From IMG/VR virus record IMGVR_UViG_3300045988_087184: a DNA stretch of 64,000 nucleotides, one strand, 5' to 3'. The notes beneath the pieces are model-generated. The model had not been told where the DNA came from. It saw nothing but the letters and a program-made list of their open reading frames with translations, and made no database searches. This document shows positions 28,501 through 36,661 of the stretch, one piece after another. Source of the stretch: a virus. The translations under genes and the position numbers were made by a program. Positions within the stretch are counted from its first letter, which is position 1, and each line of letters starts with the position of its first letter.

Positions 28501-28804
28501 GAGAGAGGACGGAAGTTCATCTGCTACCAACTCTGTTAAGAGTATCACAGAGGAAACTGCTGATCTCCTAGTCAGTTATGTAAACAGCATACGTCTTGAT
28601 TTGTCTGTTGTTCGTGAGATTCAAGGGAAATTCTTACCTGAGATGAGTGAGATTGCAAAGTCCCAGTTGACTCAGCTTAACCTGATTGCTCAAAACACCT
28701 TGCGCAATGCTGATGCAGCAGAGAGAATCGACAAGACTGTATCGGAGTTGAACGATAACTTCAACAGAGTTATCAATGGTACGAAATCTTTAAAAATGAA
28801 ATAA
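22514..28804 (+). CDS. tape measure protein
   Basis: 2096 aa, mostly coiled coil with a hydrophobic central segment, in the canonical position after G/GT. Confidence 0.9.
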   Translation: MAGGNLGDLWFDLNIKDSNVRSKLKEISEGLSELDLKTESGRKSAEKLFKNFNRENSKEIAEDFKNIAAQMGIQAQETANLSKRLKELSELKTDILRRDKEQSEHGNFVAMKNEAQAALDLTNRYKELAKLKEDILRRDKEMDAQGAFVTLVNESKQAQELNERYREMQQLKSAILERDRQSTEHGNFVAMKNEAQAAQELAVRERELAELRNAIVRRNEEMIAAENRLREATERTNQARREAISVSRKQAESLVRDRAKELEAQRQQIQGLFGSGKNVLSTQELMQLQQAFSQITKELNTSRSAMNNLGSYSIKDLFSIGRGTSEYTPLINSMRTVIDQKQEAINLERKHQEEITRTAAKARNDLAAAFAGANAEAKKMQSIVGDIKSLFLQGGIVFGAQQFFNSIVQTGGEIVQQHVALRSILGDVQKADELFAQTQQLALQSPFKFGELNRDVKQLAAFGVEANDLYDTTKRLADIASGLGVSFERLGLAYGQVKARSWLDGKELRQFAYAGLPLLQRITELYNSEGKNGRNNYTQADVKKMITARQVSFEDVQKVLWKMTDEGGQFYNMQFVLSETLLGRWNKLIDAWDIMLGKFAEGKNIVGGTFSFIINRVTDLVLALDKLSPALLSFGAVFAARKLGGMAYSKMGIGSLAKSYTQQMNAQLKSYAIEQQQLVVEGEITQKIAQQNVFKKAAILSEKQSLVASYNRAALEGRMSVLQMQRAVKEGLVSKEIISQLALMGQITAKQEQIILNGGRMSAVWSMTTSKIGGFVNAIGGWWGIGITTITSLLMGYNQWSSRVKEEEKTLIDGAKQKSKSYGDFLSGLGPKDASNLSSQVDSMKEILKSSDDYTDSIKQQVESAGSLSKQYDILKEKIEDAKKANDGLADKYGVITNNATSATGLVSDNLFDMIGADTPQWLQWLNGLTNDDIAKNVEQAQESLSKFQVMFDELDSSTKAKMEDFIRSLMESNEELANQIKGLPLTEQIRMLAAIGGDDWEKFVDKFANGSKETENWLKELAERAKDSSDDVSEIMYDDVPRGLESVRKQLGLSQDQFRTWAKRNPEIFASMMDKMAQKANITSKTILYYFHSAISKLMDMNFWPGDSGNGKKGKPSYNSGVNTPFSEIIRQRLHKNGTFTGNKKKGKFWTREVDNALRQVQDQSFETTGENIRKELKAARNELDTIVNGKVSKNSSEYKNAKHKYDLWKAIADAGYISDDLGKNKVTGNFGKGKNKNGREEDAELKRLQERLSSLKSARQMYQKYKSIMPNEEAKKKTYNLFPEVTGLNLDDYQKAVHSLLEGFSINTTERKKFQTSIYREVAEWLFDEKDKKEYEKKAADFSESMNKLSERWDLYKSLLEKTGSKFFAESAWVDAFQMDDKVQSLMDEYYAHYHEIFNLQDSLSMTDGEAKEKLKLPNQYEEWKKITQLLRGNYVKSLQDAADIIEKTEDYEDKILKIRQDYDKLIKKTNDPGIKARYEIQRDKEIGQVKLDKFKNSSDYLNFYGAIVSLGMDKAQTIGARIRQNINEALQNGAIDAREYAKEIKQLDEQLSKLTSPKKTFLNGGLKGMAEQKISDASEQMTIAASKIAEGKKVRELGLKMGDENFIKRGGSMIASGKAMMKAAEILFKDGTKAKESLDKFANVVSIIDQNVQGMSEAFNDIKETASLLGADTESDGWQDASAFFETFSGMSSSLSKVVTSAESGNVGGILAGVTGIFTSPIKAFAKAHDAKLDRQIKLAERQLNELKNLSSNISSVIEKTLGGIYSYERSSDTTKKLNDVKNDYKAWEAYSKTDTGKAFFGGKNLSRYSKETYDTVMKTETNPSAYADQLALLHAQEDELRKQRQAEEDKKKTDKDKLADYDQQFKEMQLQIKTFAQDFLKDVYSIDMKSWASTLTDTIVSAWAKGEDAVDAYREKVKDMVRDVTKNIVTQKIMEKALEKPLEWLTSVLDKKGQLDETDMDKFAKLLNEVGEKVAPQITGLFDAMKNNGFDMREDGSSSATNSVKSITEETADLLVSYVNSIRLDLSVVREIQGKFLPEMSEIAKSQLTQLNLIAQNTLRNADAAERIDKTVSELNDNFNRVINGTKSLKMK
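22765..23245 (+). repeat. four tandem ~40-aa repeats inside the tape measure gene
   Basis: Units of the form R(L/Y)KEL..LK..IL(R/E)RD...(G)(N/A)FV...NE(A/S)..A. At DNA level, 22821-22868 and 23061-23108 differ at 1 of 48 nt. Confidence 0.7.
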
Positions 28805-28806
28805 TT

Positions 28807-29322
28807 ATGTTTGAAAAAAGAACTTTATCAGACAGAATGAAGAACGAGGCGGTTTCACTGGGTCTTTGCGCTCAGTGGACCGCCGAGTGGCACGACAACT
28901 CATCCAAGCATGAGATGGTCGAGAAGTTTGTTAAGGGTATTGACTTCTGTATCGGAAAGAACTGGCCTTCGACCAAGGATATGAAGAAGTACTTTGGTGA
29001 TGTCATTCACGATCATGGTGTGTATGTTGACGAGAACGTTGACCTGCAAAACCCAAAGATTGTCATCCTCAATGGAGAGTGTGTAGCAAATATCAGCTAT
29101 GACTGGATGGACAGTGGAGAGATATACGTAAGGCACAACTCTTCACTTTACCTGAAGGTTAAGGGATTCTCCAGGGTGTTTGTTAATCTGTTAGATGGTG
29201 CAGAGCTTCATGTTGAATGTGAAGATACCGCAAAATGCTTCGTCTACCAATATGGAGGAACTGTCGTGAAAACTACCGGATCAGTTAATATCAGGGATAG
29301 ACACGACTTTAAATTCAATTAA
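28807..29322 (+). CDS. hypothetical protein (171 aa)
   Basis: Track ORF located between the tape measure gene and an internal promoter. Confidence 0.5.
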   Translation: MFEKRTLSDRMKNEAVSLGLCAQWTAEWHDNSSKHEMVEKFVKGIDFCIGKNWPSTKDMKKYFGDVIHDHGVYVDENVDLQNPKIVILNGECVANISYDWMDSGEIYVRHNSSLYLKVKGFSRVFVNLLDGAELHVECEDTAKCFVYQYGGTVVKTTGSVNIRDRHDFKFN

Positions 29323-29343
29323 CGCATATTTATGCGTATATTT

Positions 29344-29375
29344 CTTGCATAATTATGTATTATTTTGTATATTTG
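29344..29375 (+). promoter_or_regulatory. Bacteroidota-type promoter for the distal tail and fibre genes
   Basis: CTTG (29344-47), N20, then TATATTTG (29368-75). The sequence is related to the promoter at 16359. Confidence 0.55.
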
Positions 29376-29400
29376 CAGATATAAAAAGTTGAATTAAGGT

Positions 29401-29889
29401 ATGAAAGATTATTTCAGGATATACATGCAGAAGGAAGGCGATGGGAACGAGGTGAAGGACTCCATCGCCGACTTCGGCATGTATGTTTCCGAGAACCCGT
29501 TCAAGCCTTGCGATGCCGTCAAGGAGCCTGCGAAAAGGGAATGGCACGACGAGCATGGTGACGACGAGTATATCGGAAAGGATGGTCTCTATATGGCGGC
29601 CTACGAGAATAAGGTTAAGTTTATGTTCCACGGCGAGGCTTTCGGCGCTAACGAGAAATGTAAGGCTTTTATTGATTACATCCGCAAGTCAGGCATGATG
29701 AAGATGTATTGCGGCTTCAATAGAATCGGAAGACAGCATGTAAGACTTAAGGATATTGATCCAAACCTATATAGAGATCCAGATAACGAGGACTTGCTAG
29801 TTCTCTCTATCACTTTCAAGTTTAACGACCCTGTTACTGATATAAAGCCAATCATGGACGCACAGGGCAGTATTTCAAATTTAGGATAA
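29401..29889 (+). CDS. distal-tail-position protein (start may be ATG 29425)
   Basis: Track ORF. The TTCAGGATA box at 29413-21 lies just before the second ATG. Confidence 0.5.
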   Translation: MKDYFRIYMQKEGDGNEVKDSIADFGMYVSENPFKPCDAVKEPAKREWHDEHGDDEYIGKDGLYMAAYENKVKFMFHGEAFGANEKCKAFIDYIRKSGMMKMYCGFNRIGRQHVRLKDIDPNLYRDPDNEDLLVLSITFKFNDPVTDIKPIMDAQGSISNLG

Positions 29890-29895
29890 AGACAC

Positions 29896-32800
29896 ATGAG
29901 TACTTGGAATATTTGTCATAAGGATGGCTCGAAGCTGACAGGCGTTAACGGAGAGCAAATAACCGTTCATGGATTGGAATACTCCGATTCTTGGATGGGC
30001 GAGTGCTTCGTGACTATCAATTTCAAGCATGAAGTGCCTATCAACTTTCAGATAGGCGACTATATTGTCTATCGTGGCGAGCGATTCGAGCTCAACTACG
30101 AGCCGGGTAAGGATAAGCAGGCCAGGCCCGACACATACGGAGAGGGCTTCGTGTATGACAGCGTAAAGTTCAATGCATTGCAGGATGAGCTAGCTAGGGC
30201 TGAGTTCCTTGATGTGGTTTTGAACGACAACGAACTCCACTACACTGCCCTGCCGAAATTTCCGTTCTACGTACAGACCTTGGATGATTTACTCGACAGA
30301 ATTCAGGCGAACCTCGACGAGCAGATTGGTGCAGGTCTCTGGAAGATTTACTCACGAAACAAGGAGCGTTCCGTGCAGCGTGGATGCCTTGTGAGCGAAT
30401 GGTTGTCAATGTACGGCGAAGGGACAAGCGATAACGTCATCGAATCAATGTCCATCACTATTGACTCGAAGACATGCTGGGAGGCTCTTGCGCTCGTGAA
30501 TGAGAAGTGGAACGTAAACTTCATAGTCAGAGGAAGAAACATCTATGTCGGTACTACCGGAATAGAAGCCGGACACATCTTCTCCTATGGTCTCGGCAAG
30601 GGGCTCTACGAGATTGTGCAGAACGCAGATTCTGATCAGAGTGTCATTACGAGACTGAGAGCTTATGGTTCGGAGAAGAATCTTCCTTCTCATTACTATG
30701 CGGACCTCGGTGTCAAGTACGTGGCGAATATCACGAAAGTGGTTACAGCTAGCACAAATGTCGAGCTTGAACTGGATGTCGACTATATCGAGACATATTT
30801 CAAGAATAAGAGAAAGTACGTCGTTTCCGGAGAGTCTCAGGAACAGTCTTTCGGATGGGTCCTTCAGGTAACGTTCGATTTTCAGACTACAATTACCGGT
30901 TATGTAACACAGTCTGGCAGCTCTGGCAAATGCAGGTTCTACTCCGAGTTAAAGGGAACACAGACTGACACCGGAGATGAGGAATCAAAGGAGAAGCTTG
31001 ATACATTCATTTCGCAGGTTAAGGCAGGGAACACCAAGATGTACATTATGTCCGGTCTCAATAAGAAGGTCGTTCCTTCGTCCATGAAGGAGTACGCAAA
31101 GAATCTTCCGAATAATATGTCCATCAACAGGCTTATGCTGCCAGGATTTCCTCACGTATCTCTGAGTGATTTCTACGACTCGCTTACTGAACAGGAAAAG
31201 AAGTATGTGAATCCAACCGGGAAACTGCATAAATTCTCTACTGATCCATATAGACCATACATCGATTCTCTCAATATAGAGGAGATTGGACTCCGTTCGG
31301 CATCGCAGTTCTTTGATACTGATGATAAGACGAATGGAGTTATTGAAATCTACCCTACTATCGAGGAAATGGAAATCGGTGGCGTGCGTGTGGATGAGAT
31401 TGATGAGGGTGTTGCTCCTGATGACGACGGAAGGTTTGGCGACAACGAAACAGTAAAGAATGTTGATATATACCTCAATAAGGCTATCGACTTCGATATC
31501 AACGACCTTAAGGATGATGACTTCTCTATCTCTATGAAGGATGGTATGTGCGGCGGACGAACATTCAAAGTGGCATCCTCAACCAAGGTTGATGGTAGAT
31601 GGAGACTTACTATTGAGAGGAGCAAGGATGATGCTCTTGAGCTGTGGTTCCCATACAAAGACTACCCTATCAAGAATGGCGACCATTTCGTTCTTTCCGG
31701 AATCACTCTTCCTGATTCGTATGTGAAAGCCGCATCATTGAAGCTCCTTAAGTATGCTATTGCGCTCCTTGACAAGAATGACTACACAAGGTATGTCTAT
31801 CAGCCTAAGGTTGACGAGCTTTTTATGGCGAGACAGCACGATAAAGCGCAGGCAGACGAAACCGGAACTATCAAGAGTCTGCACGATACACTGAAGGCCG
31901 GCGACCTGATGAACTTCAATGATACAGACCTCAATATCGAAGGAATCATCTCTATCGACCAGCTCACGATCAAGGAAGAAGATGGCAAGATTCCGACATA
32001 CGACATAACACTTCGCGAGGACAAGGAGGTTGGAACCATTCAGAAGATTCAGCAGCAGATCTCGTCTCTTCAAAACGGAAATGGTGGAACAGGTGCAGGA
32101 TTAACAACTACACAGGTTAAGAATCAGGTCGCAACAGAGGGAAGCAAGCACTTCATCTCAAAGATAAACGATAACACCGCCAAGGGCACCATCACTTTTG
32201 AGAAGGTACAGAAGTTCATCAAAGGATTGTTCCTTGGCAACGGAAACAACTATAGCATAGACGGCAACGGCAACGCTATCCTCTCTAGTGTGTTGGTGAA
32301 TCTCTTGAAGTCTCTCGATTTCAATGAATCTGAGCAGAGTGGATTTGCAATCAAGCAGAGAAGCGATGGAAAGTATCAGATGTTGCTCACGGATTTAATC
32401 GTGTGGGGTAAGGCAGTATTCAACACGCTATCCATTCGGGAACTCAGCTACGTTGGAGGTAACATCGTCCTCTCCCCTGCTGCTGGCAAGATAAGCTACA
32501 TCAAGGATGTATATAGCGAGACAACGAATGAGCTGATTGGTTGGAAATGCTATCTCTTAGCTGATGATGGAACAACCGCCACAATCAATTCATTCAAGGT
32601 GGACGACCAAGTGCGCTGCAAGACGTTCAACATCAAGGCTGGTGTCTATGAGAACGTTTCCAATAAAGACTACTGGAGACTTGTCACAAAGGTATCAACT
32701 GAGAATGAGGTAATCACAGATGCCGAAGGTCACGAACTCTATGACGGCAAGAAATTCGCTTGGATTCAGATAGCAAAGGACAACTGCATGGAAGGCTCGG

Positions 32801-33537
32801 ACAACCCTGCCGCAGGTGATACCATCGTCCTCATGGGTAACAGAAGCGACAGAAGCCGACAGCACCTTCTGATGATGGAGACCGAAGGAGATTCTGCACC
32901 TAGGTTCACTATGTATAGGGGTATCAATACATACTCGCTGAAGGACAAGTCTATCTTTGACGTTTCCTTCGATGGCATCAACATCGTGTCGAAATACTAC
33001 CACTTGACCACCGTTGACGGAGAGAAGATTTGGACACCTATCTATCGTGGCGATTGGAAGGAAGGTACGGAATACGACTACTACGATGAGGTTACATGGA
33101 TGGGAACACGCTGGCTCTGCATCGTCTCAGAAGGACAGACTACAACTGCTGAACCTAGCGAGGACTCGCCTTATTGGAAGGCAACGACCGCAATACAACG
33201 GAATAAGCTACTGATTGATTTGCGTGGGCAAGACACACTTGATTGGGGAGAAACGATTGATGTCGTATGCTCTGTTGTCCGTGGTGATTCTATCGTTGAC
33301 ACATCGAGCGGTTGGGATTGGAGCGTGGAAAGAGATAGCGGCAACAAGCAGGAAGATTCGGCATGGAACGCCACATCTAAGGCTCAGAACTTTAGAGGTG
33401 TAATCAATATCGCATTTACCGAGAAAGAAAATGACCTTGGAGCTGAGAATAAGAACACTTTCGGTGTCGTGTTTACATTCAAGGCTTGGCAAATCGGCAA
33501 CAAAACCAATGAAGTTTCTGCAACACTGAGTGTATGA
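29896..33537 (+). CDS. large tail tip or baseplate-hub-position protein (1213 aa)
   Basis: Size and position after the tape measure and distal tail genes. No domain was recognised by eye. Confidence 0.55.
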   Translation: MSTWNICHKDGSKLTGVNGEQITVHGLEYSDSWMGECFVTINFKHEVPINFQIGDYIVYRGERFELNYEPGKDKQARPDTYGEGFVYDSVKFNALQDELARAEFLDVVLNDNELHYTALPKFPFYVQTLDDLLDRIQANLDEQIGAGLWKIYSRNKERSVQRGCLVSEWLSMYGEGTSDNVIESMSITIDSKTCWEALALVNEKWNVNFIVRGRNIYVGTTGIEAGHIFSYGLGKGLYEIVQNADSDQSVITRLRAYGSEKNLPSHYYADLGVKYVANITKVVTASTNVELELDVDYIETYFKNKRKYVVSGESQEQSFGWVLQVTFDFQTTITGYVTQSGSSGKCRFYSELKGTQTDTGDEESKEKLDTFISQVKAGNTKMYIMSGLNKKVVPSSMKEYAKNLPNNMSINRLMLPGFPHVSLSDFYDSLTEQEKKYVNPTGKLHKFSTDPYRPYIDSLNIEEIGLRSASQFFDTDDKTNGVIEIYPTIEEMEIGGVRVDEIDEGVAPDDDGRFGDNETVKNVDIYLNKAIDFDINDLKDDDFSISMKDGMCGGRTFKVASSTKVDGRWRLTIERSKDDALELWFPYKDYPIKNGDHFVLSGITLPDSYVKAASLKLLKYAIALLDKNDYTRYVYQPKVDELFMARQHDKAQADETGTIKSLHDTLKAGDLMNFNDTDLNIEGIISIDQLTIKEEDGKIPTYDITLREDKEVGTIQKIQQQISSLQNGNGGTGAGLTTTQVKNQVATEGSKHFISKINDNTAKGTITFEKVQKFIKGLFLGNGNNYSIDGNGNAILSSVLVNLLKSLDFNESEQSGFAIKQRSDGKYQMLLTDLIVWGKAVFNTLSIRELSYVGGNIVLSPAAGKISYIKDVYSETTNELIGWKCYLLADDGTTATINSFKVDDQVRCKTFNIKAGVYENVSNKDYWRLVTKVSTENEVITDAEGHELYDGKKFAWIQIAKDNCMEGSDNPAAGDTIVLMGNRSDRSRQHLLMMETEGDSAPRFTMYRGINTYSLKDKSIFDVSFDGINIVSKYYHLTTVDGEKIWTPIYRGDWKEGTEYDYYDEVTWMGTRWLCIVSEGQTTTAEPSEDSPYWKATTAIQRNKLLIDLRGQDTLDWGETIDVVCSVVRGDSIVDTSSGWDWSVERDSGNKQEDSAWNATSKAQNFRGVINIAFTEKENDLGAENKNTFGVVFTFKAWQIGNKTNEVSATLSV

Positions 33538-33573
33538 TAAAATGATTTACGAATTTTAAAATAATTGGAAGTT

Positions 33574-34884
33574 ATGAATAAGAATTTAGGAACGGCAGAT
33601 GTTGCATCATCCGTACAGCAGACGGATAGTGTACTTGCAGAAATTGGTGGTGCTATGAGAAGAGTAAAGGTGAAGGATTTATCAAGAAGCCTTAACCTTT
33701 CCATTACATCACCAGAGGTATACGCATACGGCATTGAGTTCGATGTAACCGTAAGCTCTACGGCTGCAACGAGAATCGGCAACATGAGCATGCACAGAAC
33801 CTTACCAGTACAGACTTTGATGAAGGGATGCTTGCTCGATGATGATGGTAACGTGGTTGACTATCTCGACCCACAGGACTGGACTAAGGCTACACGTGAT
33901 GGAAGCCGAGGTCAGGTTATGGTTGAGCTGCCAGAGTATTACGAGAAGTTTGAGACGGATGGTAACAAGCGTAGGGCATGGATGAGCCTTGAACCTTTGG
34001 CAGGTTTCCGTAAAGTTCCGAAGCGTTACGTGAGTGCCTATCAAGCCTACGTAAAGAATAACAAGCTCTGCTCTATCGCTAGCGTGTTGGCATCAGCCAA
34101 TATCAGCCGTACAGGATTCCGCAATGCGGCAAGAGCGAGAAAGACGGGTAGCGCAGAATGGAACTGCCATGTATATGACATTCAGAGAGAACTCTATTGG
34201 CTCTTTGCTATTGAATATGCCCAGTTGTCTTGTCAGACTAATTACAATGCCGCTCTGACTACCGAAGGTTATCATCAGGGCGGTCTTGGTAGTGGTGTTA
34301 TTTGTGATGGAAATAAGTGGAATACCTATAACGGATATTACCCATTTGTTCCTTGCGGCATGACTGATAGCCTTGGCAACCGAAGCGGTGTTGTTACCTA
34401 CGACACTGGTACGAAGAATGGTGTTACTCTCGGTAAGGTAAGCGTTAACAGATACCGTGGTATCGAGTGCCCATTTGCTCATGTATGGCAGTGGACTGAT
34501 GGAATCAATGTAGAGGTGCAGCCAGGCGATAGTGGCGTTAGCAAGGTATATGTATGCCGTGACCCTAAGAAATTCTCTGATACAGGATATAACGGATATA
34601 CCTATGTCGGCAACGAAGCAAGAACGGAAGGTTTTGTTACACAGATTACCTTTGGCGAATATGGTGACATCACGGCGAAGGCTGTTGGCGGTAGCGATAG
34701 TAGCTATCATGGTGACTATCATTACACTAACATACCTACAGCTACTACTCTACGTGGCGTTCGCTTTGGCGGTCCTGCGAATTTCGGTTCGATCTGCGGC
34801 TTCGTTTTCTCGACTTCGACTTACGTTCCCTCGGCTACGTCTGCGGCTATCGCCTCTCGCCTTTGCTTCCTTCCTGCTGCATAG
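33574..34884 (+). CDS. DGR variable (target) protein with C-type-lectin/FGE-like C-terminal domain
   Basis: ATG 33574 within track ORF 33565..34884. It contains RGIECPFAHVWQWTDG, and the last 44 codons are the VR. Confidence 0.85.
   Translation: MNKNLGTADVASSVQQTDSVLAEIGGAMRRVKVKDLSRSLNLSITSPEVYAYGIEFDVTVSSTAATRIGNMSMHRTLPVQTLMKGCLLDDDGNVVDYLDPQDWTKATRDGSRGQVMVELPEYYEKFETDGNKRRAWMSLEPLAGFRKVPKRYVSAYQAYVKNNKLCSIASVLASANISRTGFRNAARARKTGSAEWNCHVYDIQRELYWLFAIEYAQLSCQTNYNAALTTEGYHQGGLGSGVICDGNKWNTYNGYYPFVPCGMTDSLGNRSGVVTYDTGTKNGVTLGKVSVNRYRGIECPFAHVWQWTDGINVEVQPGDSGVSKVYVCRDPKKFSDTGYNGYTYVGNEARTEGFVTQITFGEYGDITAKAVGGSDSSYHGDYHYTNIPTATTLRGVRFGGPANFGSICGFVFSTSTYVPSATSAAIASRLCFLPAA
34751..34869 (+). 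repeat. DGR variable region (VR)
   Basis: Gap-free 119-nt alignment to TR at a constant offset of 614 nt. There are 21 differences, 20 of them at TR adenines. Confidence 0.9.
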
Positions 34885-34909
34885 TCGAAGCGACACGGCT
34901 CGTCTCACG

Positions 34910-34944
34910 CCCTATGCCGCCCGCCATTTATTGGCGGCATAGGG
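34910..34944 (+). terminator. perfect 12-bp GC-rich hairpin downstream of VR
   Basis: CCCTATGCCGCC, an 11-nt loop, then GGCGGCATAGGG, starting 26 nt after the target stop codon. Confidence 0.6.
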
Positions 34945-34983
34945 TGGATTAAAAATTAGGTTTAACATTAAAATAATAGAAAT

Positions 34984-35340
34984 ATGGCAGACAATACAAA
35001 ACAAGACGACGGAAGTCTTGCATTCTTGAACATTCCTCGCAATGAGAACAGCCGTTCATTCAACTGCAAGGAAGTAAGTCAGAGCAAATTGGTGAATACA
35101 TCATTTTGGCTGATTGATTTCATGGAGGATATTCCGACAAGATTCTCTAAGCAGAAAGGCACGAAAGGTCAGACCTTGGTGCTTGTGAAGCGAAATCTTG
35201 AAGACCCAGAGAGTGAAGCAATGAAGTTCTTCACTGGCTCACAGGATATTCTCTACATCTTGCAGGAGATAAAGAAACGGAATGCCTTTCCTCGCAAGGT
35301 GACAATGCGAGGTAACGGAAACCGATATTTCGTAGAATAA
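34984..35340 (+). CDS. DGR accessory-position protein (118 aa, not obviously Avd-like)
   Basis: It occupies the slot between target and TR where Avd normally lies. The sequence does not resemble a basic four-helix bundle by eye. Confidence 0.6.
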   Translation: MADNTKQDDGSLAFLNIPRNENSRSFNCKEVSQSKLVNTSFWLIDFMEDIPTRFSKQKGTKGQTLVLVKRNLEDPESEAMKFFTGSQDILYILQEIKKRNAFPRKVTMRGNGNRYFVE

Positions 35341-35364
35341 AAGATATTAAGGTTGATGATTCCT

Positions 35365-35483
35365 AACGTGGCGTTCACTTTGGCGGTAATGCGAATAACG
35401 ATTCGAACTGCGGCTTCGTTTACTCGAATTCGAATAACGTTCCCTCGGACACGAATGCGAATATCGCCTCTCACCTATACTTC
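35365..35483 (+). repeat. DGR template region (TR)
   Basis: Intergenic copy of VR, rich in AAC/AAT codons in the VR frame (RGVHFGGNANNDSNCGFVYSNSNNVPSDTNANIASHLYF). Confidence 0.9.
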
Positions 35484-35620
35484 TAAGGTTAAAAATTATG
35501 TATGGGAATCATAACCGCACCTCTTGGTGAAAAATTTAGGAACTCAGAAACGTGTTGGTAGGTATCAGAAATATCGCTGATAGTCGAAGACTCGGAGTAA
35601 GGAAGCAAAATAGCAAAAAG

Positions 35621-36661
35621 ATGAAAAGGATTGGTTATCTCTACGAGAAAATCATATCAATGGATAATCTCAGATTAGCTGACGAAAAGGCTAGGAAGGG
35701 AAAGAGAAATACCTATGGTGTGCGAGTGTTCGATAAGAATAGAGAGGAAAATCTGTTGAAGCTGCATGAGATGCTGAAAAATAAGACGTTCAGAACATCA
35801 AAGTATGACGTATTCACCATCTATGAACCGAAGGAGAGAGTGATATACAGATTACCATACTTTCCCGACAGAATCGTTCACCATGCGATACTGAATATCC
35901 TTGAACCTATATGGCGCAGCGTATTTACGTACAACACATATAGCTGCATCAAGGGCAGAGGAATAGAAGGATGCGCAAGAAGGGTTGGTGAGATTATAAG
36001 AAGGCATCCTATTGACAGACCTCTGTATTGCTTGAAGATAGACATCGTAAAGTACTACCCTAGCATCGACCATGAGGTTATGAAGAGAATTATCAGACGG
36101 AAGATAAAGGACGCTGATGTGCTGAATCTTCTTGACGAGATTATAGATTCTACAGATGGATTGCCGATAGGTAACTATTCAAGTCAGTATTTGGCTAATC
36201 TTTATCTTGCTTACTTCATGCACTGGGTGAACGAAGTGCTGAAAGTCGAGAGTACAGAATATGCAGATGATATAACATTCTTTGCGGAAAATAAAGAAGT
36301 ATTGCATAAAGTTCGCAAAGCTATCAAATGCAAGCTCGAAGGAGAATTGAAGCTAAAGATTAAAGAAAATTGGCAGATATTCAAAATCGGTATAAACAGA
36401 TACGATAAGAGCGGTCGTGCATTGGACTATGTAGGCTATCAGTTCTTCCGCAAGCAGAAACTTATGCGTAAGAGGACGAAGCAGAACCTATGTAGGGAAA
36501 TGAAAGCCGCAAGAAAGAAAGGAATCAAGGAGGATGCACTGAAGATGAGGATAAGCCCTTGGCTAGGGTGGACGGCTCACAGCGATAGCAGACATCTGTT
36601 GGAGAAGATAGGTGCGTTCCACGATATACATAATTATAATTTTAAAAAGATTGCGATATGA
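35621..36661 (+). CDS. DGR reverse transcriptase
   Basis: ATG 35621 (MKRIGYLYEKI) with the DGR-type motif LPIGNYSSQ, plus YADD, in 346 aa. Confidence 0.9.
   Translation: MKRIGYLYEKIISMDNLRLADEKARKGKRNTYGVRVFDKNREENLLKLHEMLKNKTFRTSKYDVFTIYEPKERVIYRLPYFPDRIVHHAILNILEPIWRSVFTYNTYSCIKGRGIEGCARRVGEIIRRHPIDRPLYCLKIDIVKYYPSIDHEVMKRIIRRKIKDADVLNLLDEIIDSTDGLPIGNYSSQYLANLYLAYFMHWVNEVLKVESTEYADDITFFAENKEVLHKVRKAIKCKLEGELKLKIKENWQIFKIGINRYDKSGRALDYVGYQFFRKQKLMRKRTKQNLCREMKAARKKGIKEDALKMRISPWLGWTAHSDSRHLLEKIGAFHDIHNYNFKKIAI

Larger units (their letters stand above)
33574..36661 (+). mobile_element. diversity-generating retroelement cassette (target, accessory ORF, TR, RT)
   Basis: See the component features below. 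The TR/VR pair shows adenine-specific mismatches and is accompanied by a DGR-type RT. Confidence 0.9.

Noticed and set aside
34532-35474. Track ORFs 34532..34942 (+) and 35253..35474 (-) overlapping VR, the hairpin and TR.
   Set aside because: They are out of frame with the target gene or antisense across TR, and their repetitive peptides mirror the TR/VR sequence.
35621-36661. The reverse transcriptase as a retron or group II intron RT.
   Set aside because: There is no maturase or endonuclease domain and no intron-like RNA flanks. It has the DGR-type (I/L)GxxxSQ motif and an adjacent TR/VR pair with adenine-specific mismatches.
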